Source: Candidatus Uhrbacteria bacterium
GTDB lineage: Bacteria > Patescibacteriota > Patescibacteriia > UBA9934
Length of the DNA stretch: 64,000 bases
Assembly (NCBI GenBank): GCA_003453595.1
Contig: DMOG01000026.1
Coordinates: 6,567 to 70,566 of the forward strand
Reading direction: 5' to 3'
Shown here piece by piece: positions 56,535 to 64,000 of this stretch. Position numbers and translations under genes: made by a program. Within the stretch, counting starts at the first letter, position 1. Each line of letters begins with the position of its first letter. The notes under the pieces were generated by a model. It did no database searches. It worked only from the letters and a program-made list of their open reading frames with translations, and had not been told where the DNA came from.

Positions 56535-58511
56535 GTGAAAAAATCAATCCTTACAATCTTTGTCCTAGCACTAGTCCTGATCCCACTAGTTACTGTTTTG
56601 TCGCAAGAACCAAATGCCATCAAAACAGCGAACTATTTTCTATTGTCAGGTTCAACTCTTAATGACAGTCTAACCTTGGAAACACTATCTGCGTACGACC
56701 TACTGGTACTGCCGGCTGAAGCTCAAGTATACAATCCAAATTTTTCCAATGACATCCGGGCATTAAACCCGGATATTGTGTTACTTGCCTACATCCCGAC
56801 TGTTAGCTACAACTCAATTTGGCAAGACAGACTGCATAAGGAACTTTCCTCTGGAATACAAAGTGATTGGTGGTTAAAAAATAAAACCGGATCAACAGTC
56901 TCGATCTGGTCTGGAACCTATGCGTTGGATTTAACATCTGGCTGGAATAATTACCTAGCCGAATTTGTTGCTTATGAAGTTTTACACAATGATTATTGGG
57001 ACGGGGTTTTTTACGATGAAGTAAGCGACAGTATTAGTTGGGTCGGATCTGTCTCGCTTTCCAATGGATCGATAAGTATTGATAGCGCTTGGCAAAGTGC
57101 ATACACACAACTATTTGCAAAAACGCGATCGCTGGTTGGTTTGGGAAAAATCATAATCACCAACGGAAGCTCAAACCTGGCCTATACCCCGTATGTTAAT
57201 GGTCGAATGTTTGAGTCGTTCCCTACTCCTTGGGAAGGCAATGGATCATGGAACACAAACATTAGTAGTTATCTGACTCTGGAAAATTCAGTCGCTTATC
57301 AACCAATCATCTTAATAAACGGTGATACGAGCAACACGGGCAACTCAACTGATTACCAAAATGTTCGATTTGCACTTTCAAGTACGCTTTTGGGTGATGG
57401 ATTTTTCGGCTTTGATTATGGAACCCAGTCTCATGCTCAACTTTGGCGATATGATGAATATGATGCCTACATTGGATCTGCTAAGGGTGACGCAACCCAA
57501 GAGTCAACTGGAATTTGGACCCGTGAGTTTACCAATGGAAAAATTGTTGTAAATCCAACAACCTCTTCGCAAACAATCAAGCTCGATGGCGAGTTTGAAA
57601 AACTTCATGGTGAACAAGATCCAGATTTTAATGACGGATCAATTATTTCGCGTTTAACTCTCGACTCTAAAGACGGCGCAATCCTTGTGCGTCCGATTGC
57701 TGAAATTCTTGGTGGAGTATTTTTAAACGGTGCATTTGCCAGAGTTTTTGACGCACAAGGTGAAACCTATCGCACTGGATTTTTCTCATACAACGATGCC
57801 TATGAAGGCGGTACTCAAGTGATAACTGCTGATATTGATTTTGACATTAATGATGAAACAGTGGTCGCCAATGCTAATCAAGTTTTTATTTACAATGAGG
57901 ATGGTAGTTTGCATGCCAGCTTTTATCCATACACTGAAAATTATAAAGGTGGTGTTAATATTTCAATCGGTGATTTGGAAAGTGATGGTTCTGTAGAAAT
58001 TATAACCGGAACTGAAAATGGCGGTGGAGCCCAAGTTCGAATCTTTAATTCTGACGGAGTTCTTATTAATCCAGGTTTTTTCGCCTATGACAATGTGTAT
58101 CGCGGTGGAGTAAATGTGGCGGTTGGAGACTTAAATGGCGACGGAACCAGAGAAATTATTTGTGGAGCCGGAACCGAGGGCGGACCACATGTTCGCATTT
58201 TTAACAAAGACGGAAGATTAATAAACCCAGGATTTTTTGCTTATGACATCAACTTCCGTGGCGGAGTTAATGTAGCCACTGGTGACCTAAACGGCGACGG
58301 CATTGATGAAATTATTACTGGTCCAGGACTTGGCGGTGCTCCAGAGATCAAAGTCTGGAATAATAATCGAGAGCAACTTGGTTCTTCATTCTGGGGTTCT
58401 GACACCAATAGTTGGCGCGGAGTTGAAGTTTCAACCGCTGATCTTGATCATGACGGCACTGACGAAATTATCGCCTTTACCCAAGATGTATTCACATTTT
58501 CGAACTATTAG
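56535..58511 (+). CDS. Secreted protein with an N-terminal glycoside-hydrolase-like (GH114/GHL-type) domain and C-terminal FG-GAP repeats
   Basis: Has a signal peptide and repeated 'GDLNGDGxxEII' FG-GAP motifs. The N-terminal domain assignment is tentative. Confidence 0.55.
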   Translation: MKKSILTIFVLALVLIPLVTVLSQEPNAIKTANYFLLSGSTLNDSLTLETLSAYDLLVLPAEAQVYNPNFSNDIRALNPDIVLLAYIPTVSYNSIWQDRLHKELSSGIQSDWWLKNKTGSTVSIWSGTYALDLTSGWNNYLAEFVAYEVLHNDYWDGVFYDEVSDSISWVGSVSLSNGSISIDSAWQSAYTQLFAKTRSLVGLGKIIITNGSSNLAYTPYVNGRMFESFPTPWEGNGSWNTNISSYLTLENSVAYQPIILINGDTSNTGNSTDYQNVRFALSSTLLGDGFFGFDYGTQSHAQLWRYDEYDAYIGSAKGDATQESTGIWTREFTNGKIVVNPTTSSQTIKLDGEFEKLHGEQDPDFNDGSIISRLTLDSKDGAILVRPIAEILGGVFLNGAFARVFDAQGETYRTGFFSYNDAYEGGTQVITADIDFDINDETVVANANQVFIYNEDGSLHASFYPYTENYKGGVNISIGDLESDGSVEIITGTENGGGAQVRIFNSDGVLINPGFFAYDNVYRGGVNVAVGDLNGDGTREIICGAGTEGGPHVRIFNKDGRLINPGFFAYDINFRGGVNVATGDLNGDGIDEIITGPGLGGAPEIKVWNNNREQLGSSFWGSDTNSWRGVEVSTADLDHDGTDEIIAFTQDVFTFSNY

Positions 58512-58514
58512 CAT

Positions 58515-60365
58515 ATGAGCACACAGCCACCACAATTTTCATGCGACGATACAGTTGATCGAAAATCAAAAAAACATTTACTTGTTTGCTCAATGAATGT
58601 TAGGCGTCAAGCCGGTAAACATGTTTCCGAGCCGATTAAAATGATTTTAAAAGGCAATTATGTTCAAGAAAGGCCAAGACTTCATAAAATTCTTGATGTT
58701 CTAGCTCTAGTTGTCATTACAACAACACTTATTGCGCTTGGCTATTTGCTTTGGCCAAAAAACACACCAGACCTAATTATTATTGACGCGTCCATTGCCC
58801 CTGAACAAGTAATCACTGGCGATCTTTCAACTCTAACTTTTCGCTACGAAAATAATAGTGAAGAAACAATTTCTAATACGCGTTTAACAATTGACCTCCC
58901 AGAACATTTCGAACTTTCCAGCATTGATTCAACTGCCAAACATCTTGGATCACTTGTTTTTAACATTGGTGATATTGCACCAACAGATTATGGCTTTATT
59001 CATATTCAAGGAGCGATGTTCGGCGATGTTGATGGCGAACAAATTTTTACAACCACACTTTCATACACATACTCAACTGAAAAAATAACTGACACAAAAG
59101 TAAGGCAACATATTTTTAAACCTATCCAATCTGCCCTTGAACTTGAACTTTCTTTGCCTGAACATCTAATCGCCTATCAAAAAGTTACCGGTGAGATTCG
59201 CTATACAAACACTGGCTCGATTGCTTTTCCACACCTTATAATCAATCCAAAATGGCCAAATACTTTTGCACTAACAACAAGCTTGCCAGCAAAACAGTCT
59301 GATGGCTTTTTCCATATTGATGAAATAGAGCCAGGAGAAACAGGAATTATTACTTTTGCCGGCTATCTTGGTTCTGAACAAGACTCAACCTTTGTATTTG
59401 AACCATCATTCTCTTTTGATGAAACTAGTTATAAACAGAAAACTCTAACTGATGTGGTAGAAATTTTACCAACACCTTTACAAATCAGCCATTCAATTTT
59501 GGAATCAACCATTAATCCTGGATCAACAATTACGATTGATGCTACTTACAAAAATATCAGTGACTTTAAACTAACTGATATCAGTTTGAAAATTGCCAGC
59601 GACAATAATATTTTTGCCACCTCAGGAATTACTGGCGGGTCATACACCAACGGATATTATATTTTTTCTTCTGTAATTGATGAACTTGCGCCCCAAGAAA
59701 GTGGATCAATCCAAATGAAGCTACCGGTTAAGCAATCCCTTTCACGATCAGCTACAGATGTTTACGAAAATATCTCTATCTCAACTTCTAGCTCAGCAGA
59801 ATTCACATTTTCTCCAGATCAAGAACCAATCACAGTCCAAACAGTTGGATCGCGTTTTGATCTACCATTGACCTCACCAGTAACAATGAGTTCGTTTGGA
59901 AGATACTGGGCGCCAAGTGGTGATCAACTTGGACGAGGGCCTGTTCCGCCAATTGTGGGAGAAACAACCAAGTATTGGATATTCTGGAACATTGAAGAAA
60001 CAACAAATACTTTATCAAATTTAACGCTTGAAGCTGAGTTAGGAACAAATGTGACTATGACCGGACGACAAAGCGTATCAACCGGATCTTCAATTACGCA
60101 ATCACATGGCACTGTTTATTGGTCTATCCCCGAGCTTGACCCAACCCTTCCTCCGGGAAGCGCAGTTGTTGGCATTGCCTTTGAAGTGGCGATTACACCA
60201 AGCCAAGACCAAGTCGGTACTAAACCAACCTTACTTGGTCCAACATTTTTGCGAGCATCTGACAGATTTACTGGTGCTTCGCTCACGCGGACAACAGCAG
60301 GTGTGACAACGGCCATTCCTTATGATACAAAAGCAGCTTCATATGGCGGAATTGTCACAGAATAA
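58515..60365 (+). CDS. Membrane-anchored surface protein with beta-rich repeats, hypothetical
   Basis: Has one TM helix 'VLALVVITTTLIALGYLLW' followed by a long extracytoplasmic region. Confidence 0.45.
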   Translation: MSTQPPQFSCDDTVDRKSKKHLLVCSMNVRRQAGKHVSEPIKMILKGNYVQERPRLHKILDVLALVVITTTLIALGYLLWPKNTPDLIIIDASIAPEQVITGDLSTLTFRYENNSEETISNTRLTIDLPEHFELSSIDSTAKHLGSLVFNIGDIAPTDYGFIHIQGAMFGDVDGEQIFTTTLSYTYSTEKITDTKVRQHIFKPIQSALELELSLPEHLIAYQKVTGEIRYTNTGSIAFPHLIINPKWPNTFALTTSLPAKQSDGFFHIDEIEPGETGIITFAGYLGSEQDSTFVFEPSFSFDETSYKQKTLTDVVEILPTPLQISHSILESTINPGSTITIDATYKNISDFKLTDISLKIASDNNIFATSGITGGSYTNGYYIFSSVIDELAPQESGSIQMKLPVKQSLSRSATDVYENISISTSSSAEFTFSPDQEPITVQTVGSRFDLPLTSPVTMSSFGRYWAPSGDQLGRGPVPPIVGETTKYWIFWNIEETTNTLSNLTLEAELGTNVTMTGRQSVSTGSSITQSHGTVYWSIPELDPTLPPGSAVVGIAFEVAITPSQDQVGTKPTLLGPTFLRASDRFTGASLTRTTAGVTTAIPYDTKAASYGGIVTE

Positions 60366-61542
60366 ACTTGATAGCAAACTCTTTGATCGGTTTTGCCAAC
60401 TACCTGTTTTTTCATTTTCTAAACTAATCACCCCTGATCCTAACAATCTTGAAGAACAAAAACAGGAATTCTTGCGCACTCATAAGAATCCTGTTTTTTT
60501 ATATTCAAAGGCACAAGAGTTTGACGCGGTTGGATACTTGAAAGAAATCAAAGAGTGTCGAGCAGACCTTGAACTGATCAATTCTGATGATTGGATACGA
60601 GATATCTACTTAGCTAAACTAGACGAACTTAAAGCTCGTGCACTTTTTATCAAAGCCATGCAAGATAATAATGATGAAAAAGTTTCCGAGCTGGCAAAAA
60701 ATATCTTTGGAGCTCAGTCTGATGATCAATCAAAGCTTGAGCAAGAACTTAATGATATGCTAGCAACTAACTCAAAACTCCACGCTCATGCTAAAAAAAT
60801 AAATGCAGAAATATTTTCAAAAATGGTTCGCGCTGTGCTCGATGCTTATGGAATGCAAAAATGGAAAATAAAACTTTCCGAAGGATCAGCAATGAAACTT
60901 ACTCGAGGGCGCAAAAGCAAAAGTCTTGCAGTCCATATTCCCAAAAACTTTTCCGCGTCTCGCGCTCGGGCGCAAAGAATTTTAGTTCATGAAATTGAAG
61001 TTCATGCCCTGCGCACCCACAACGCCAAACAAAGCCCGCTAGAGATTTTGCAGGTTGGACTTGATCATTATTCCCAAACCGAGGAAGGACTGGCGCTTTA
61101 TTATCAACAAAAAATCGGCACTGCAAAAACTCCAGCCTTTTGGGAAAGTTATGCCTGTGCTCTTTCCATGGACATGAGTTTTTCAGAAATGTTCAACACA
61201 TTGATTTATGCGCGGACAAAAGTTGATAAGTATGTTGGTCATGACAAATTAGACAAAGAACGGGAAGAAAAAATCTGGAATCTCTGCGTCCGCGCCTATC
61301 GCGGCATTTCAAATCCAAACAAACCAGGACTAGGGACATGTAAGGATCACATTTATCGAACCGGGCTTGATCTGATCAATCAACTCGACATGAACAACAA
61401 ACAAACCCAGAAACTTTTATTTGCCGGTAATATCGGCGTGCAACATCTGTCAAAATTAAATGAGCTTAATGTAAACAATGTCCAAACCCCAATGCTCATC
61501 AGCAAACAAATAGCCAAACAAATCTACCGCGAAAATCGATAA
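60322..61542 (+). CDS. DUF1704-like protein (QEGLA-motif family, MATCAP-related HEXXXH metallopeptidase fold)
   Basis: Has 'LVHEIEVHALRTH' (H-E-x3-H) and a '…TEEGLALYY' QEGLA-like motif. Confidence 0.5.
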   Translation: MIQKQLHMAELSQNKLDSKLFDRFCQLPVFSFSKLITPDPNNLEEQKQEFLRTHKNPVFLYSKAQEFDAVGYLKEIKECRADLELINSDDWIRDIYLAKLDELKARALFIKAMQDNNDEKVSELAKNIFGAQSDDQSKLEQELNDMLATNSKLHAHAKKINAEIFSKMVRAVLDAYGMQKWKIKLSEGSAMKLTRGRKSKSLAVHIPKNFSASRARAQRILVHEIEVHALRTHNAKQSPLEILQVGLDHYSQTEEGLALYYQQKIGTAKTPAFWESYACALSMDMSFSEMFNTLIYARTKVDKYVGHDKLDKEREEKIWNLCVRAYRGISNPNKPGLGTCKDHIYRTGLDLINQLDMNNKQTQKLLFAGNIGVQHLSKLNELNVNNVQTPMLISKQIAKQIYRENR

Positions 61543-61676
61543 AACTCAGATCAGTCTTCCTCCTCCACCATCCCCTGCCAGACTTCAACAACCAGAGTTT
61601 AATATTTCAGTATATGCAATGTTTTGTGGAGTGAGAGTGTAAGGTGAATTCCATTCTTTAAAACTCCTTAGTCTTT

Positions 61677-62792
61677 CTAGGACATATTTTTAAACTGCTC
61701 ATAACTTCCAATTCTGGCAAAGTTTATTTCAAAGTTAACATTATCTATTTTATCAATTCTTACTGAGTCAATTCCCAAAATTTGCAATCTATCATAAGTC
61801 AAAAGTTCTTCTTCTTTGAGTTTTAAAACGTCTCTTAAAATCCATTGCCCTAACTCACGATTTGAATATGACATAAGAGCTTTTCCGCCATCTTGGCAAA
61901 CTTTTGATTGCATTGTATTTCCATTTGGTAGTTTTAAATCAAAAGGCGTTTCTCGATCAGGGAAAAAACTTGGAAAATTTTTGTGAATTTCCGCTGGAAT
62001 TGGGATATAAACTTCGTTAGCGTGTCTGTCTCTACCGCCTGCATTCCATTGATTTAAACCGCTTTTTTCAAAAACAATTTGATTCCTGCCATATAAAGGT
62101 AAATAAATTGTTTGTTTTATTTTTGATTCTTTTTCAAAATGTAAATCTGTTTTTTCAAGCAGTTCTCTCAATTCCAAAAGCGGATCTTCCAAAATATCAA
62201 CATTGAACTCATAAACAATCGGTTCGGTTATAAATCTTTTTGTGAGTGTACTTTTAGAAACTAAAAAAGAATAATCATGCTTGCCGTCATTAAAAACGAT
62301 TGAGCCTTTTCTTTCTGTTATGTTTTTGATGTTAAAAATATCAACTTTATCCATCACCTCCTCAAAAATCAAAAATTTTCCTTTATTTCTTACAACACAA
62401 TGATAAATTGAGTTTTTAAGAGCGTGGGCATTTTCTGTAAATTCAATTCTGGCGTTTCTTAGTTCTGAAACTTTTTTTATTAAGTCTTCAGGAGATAGGT
62501 TTTCATAAAGTCTTCTGTCATTATTAAATTCAGCAACTTTTTGAAAAGTTTTGTTGTTGTTTGCAAGGAAAGTTTTTAGCCCGATACCTAAAGCGTCTTT
62601 TTTAGCATCAGCCGAAACATCACTTCTTGATAAGTCCTCTGCACTAAAGGCACGACAGAAGACTTTTTCTGCAACTCGATAATATAAATATGGAATATCA
62701 GATTCAGAAAAAAGATTGGAAAGACAACCAGCAATTTTTAGAAAATGCTCGTATTCCTTTTTTAATTCGGGTTTTTGAGTTTGAAAAAACAT
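61677..62792 (-). CDS. Putative Type II restriction endonuclease, cognate to the adjacent m5C methyltransferase
   Basis: Co-oriented and separated by 3 nt from a C5-MTase, with no other recognisable family. The region is AT-rich (about 30% GC). Confidence 0.45.
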   Translation of the reverse strand: MFFQTQKPELKKEYEHFLKIAGCLSNLFSESDIPYLYYRVAEKVFCRAFSAEDLSRSDVSADAKKDALGIGLKTFLANNNKTFQKVAEFNNDRRLYENLSPEDLIKKVSELRNARIEFTENAHALKNSIYHCVVRNKGKFLIFEEVMDKVDIFNIKNITERKGSIVFNDGKHDYSFLVSKSTLTKRFITEPIVYEFNVDILEDPLLELRELLEKTDLHFEKESKIKQTIYLPLYGRNQIVFEKSGLNQWNAGGRDRHANEVYIPIPAEIHKNFPSFFPDRETPFDLKLPNGNTMQSKVCQDGGKALMSYSNRELGQWILRDVLKLKEEELLTYDRLQILGIDSVRIDKIDNVNFEINFARIGSYEQFKNMS

Positions 62793-62795
62793 AAT

Positions 62796-63755
62796 TTAAT
62801 TAGTTAAAGCCTTTCTCATATTTTCAGCTATTCTTTGAATAACTGGTATCGAAACGGAATTTCCAAATTGTTTGTACAAATGAGAATCGGCAATATTAGG
62901 AAGTTTATAATTCTTTGGGAATCCTTGAAAATTAGCACATTCTCTTGGTGTTAATTTTCTAATACCTTTTCCATTTAAAACTAATGGTACATTATGACCA
63001 CCCATTCCCATATTTGCCGTTAAAGTAGGACAGACATTGTTTTTATTTTCTCTGACATATTTTCTTCGCCATTGATAAACAGTGTCTCGTTTTTTGATAT
63101 CTTTTTTCAATACTTCATAAAGTGATTTATCGTTGTAATAATACTTATTATCAACATCTTTTTCTTCAAGACAATCGTGAATTGTTTTGGTAAGTTTTAC
63201 TTTTTCGGGAAATGAAAACTTATCATGTGCTTTTTTATCCAAAAAACCGACAATGTAAATTCTTTCTCTATTTTGCGGAAGATTGCCATATTCCATGGTA
63301 TTCAAAACTTTTACTTTAACAAAATAGCCAAGTTCTTTTTCAAGTTTTTCAAGGATAACTTTTAATGTATTTTCTTTATCATGTGTTTTTAGGTTCTTAA
63401 CATTTTCAAGTAAAAAAGCCTTTGGCTTTTTAGCTTTTAATATTCGTACAATATCAAAAAATAAATTTCCTCTATCTTTTTCATCATTAAACCCTTGCTT
63501 ATATCCTGCGATAGAAAAAGGCTGGCACGGAAAACCGCCACATAAAATATCAAAATCAGGAATTTTTGAAGCAGATATTTTTTGAATATCGCCAAGCACC
63601 ATTTGTTTTTCTGTTTCAAAAAGTTCAGAGAAATTAAGATCAAAAGTTATCTTTGCATTTTCATCAAAGTCATTGGAAAAAACACACTGAAATCCAGCGT
63701 TTTCAAAGCCTATTTTTATTCCGCCTATACCAGCAAATAAATCTATAAATTTCAT
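62796..63755 (-). CDS. DNA (cytosine-5)-methyltransferase
   Basis: Has motif I 'IDLFAGIGG', motif IV 'GFPCQPFS', and motif VI 'LLENVKNL'. Confidence 0.9.
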   Translation of the reverse strand: MKFIDLFAGIGGIKIGFENAGFQCVFSNDFDENAKITFDLNFSELFETEKQMVLGDIQKISASKIPDFDILCGGFPCQPFSIAGYKQGFNDEKDRGNLFFDIVRILKAKKPKAFLLENVKNLKTHDKENTLKVILEKLEKELGYFVKVKVLNTMEYGNLPQNRERIYIVGFLDKKAHDKFSFPEKVKLTKTIHDCLEEKDVDNKYYYNDKSLYEVLKKDIKKRDTVYQWRRKYVRENKNNVCPTLTANMGMGGHNVPLVLNGKGIRKLTPRECANFQGFPKNYKLPNIADSHLYKQFGNSVSIPVIQRIAENMRKALTN

Positions 63756-63937
63756 AGTTTAATTATACCTTTGTTTTAAATATAAATAAATCGTTTTTGA
63801 AGCGATAGCGGAGAAAACACCTTTTACCCCCTCTTTAAAAATTAAAAAAATCAAATTCCTAATTTTTTAAAGCACACCAAAAGCATTTTAAAAACAAATT
63901 TTTTAAAAATATATCGCCTAACTCTAATTTATCCGAA

Positions 63938-63978
63938 TAAAAAACCGCCTTTGCTATTCTCAAAAAGCGGTTTTTTAT
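63938..63978. terminator. Intrinsic terminator hairpin AAAAACCGCCTTTGC-tattctcaaaa-AGCGGTTTTTT
   Basis: A stem-loop with flanking A/T runs lies downstream of the R-M genes. Confidence 0.55.
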
Positions 63979-64000
63979 TAAACTTATTTGATTGTCATCG

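Noticed and set aside
56226-64000. Prophage or integrative element
   Set aside because: An excisionase-like HTH and an R-M module are present, but no integrase, capsid, terminase or attachment-site duplication is visible within the window. The evidence is insufficient.

Overview
This window looks like a low-GC (about 35-40%), gene-dense bacterial chromosome segment in the style of a reduced-genome Candidate Phyla Radiation / Patescibacteria organism, read with the standard genetic code. Housekeeping genes identified with confidence: rlmN, a DEAD-box helicase, a Pif1-like helicase, a U32 peptidase, rpmG, tpiA, an M16 peptidase, glyQS, frr, holB, mreB, two tRNA-Thr and one tRNA-Trp. A large cell-envelope glycosylation locus is also present: the rfbB/rfbC/rfbD dTDP-rhamnose genes, at least nine GT2/GT4/GT-C glycosyltransferases, a polyprenyl-phosphate GT with its DUF2304 partner, a UXS-like epimerase, and a CDP-alcohol phosphatidyltransferase. 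Near the 3' end are an S8 subtilisin, a 1419-aa surface protein placed downstream of an ECF sigma / DUF5667 pair, FG-GAP and other surface proteins, a DUF1704 HEXXXH metallopeptidase-like gene, and a terminal m5C methyltransferase with a putative restriction endonuclease. No CRISPR array, rRNA or clear prophage was found. The unusual content is structural. (1) A dispersed palindromic repeat family (core CCCCTCCTTGGGAAGGAGGGG, often preceded by GATAGGCAACCACCCC) occurs in at least ten copies, and some copies are embedded in frame inside coding genes. (2) Three short islands of roughly 60-65% GC (about 4150-5180, 19400-21600 and 29760-31650) carry genes with strong GGAGG ribosome-binding sites, including two lipoproteins, one with a (DA)n microsatellite. 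These islands are bounded by repeat clusters. (3) An IS200/RAYT-like HUH transposase is flanked by about 80-bp direct repeats built from GACTTAG hairpins. (4) Other repeat structures include twin 26-bp-stem hairpin elements, about 97-bp tandem repeats, and a 46-bp perfect palindrome. All functional assignments come from motif recognition in the supplied translations; no database search was run.
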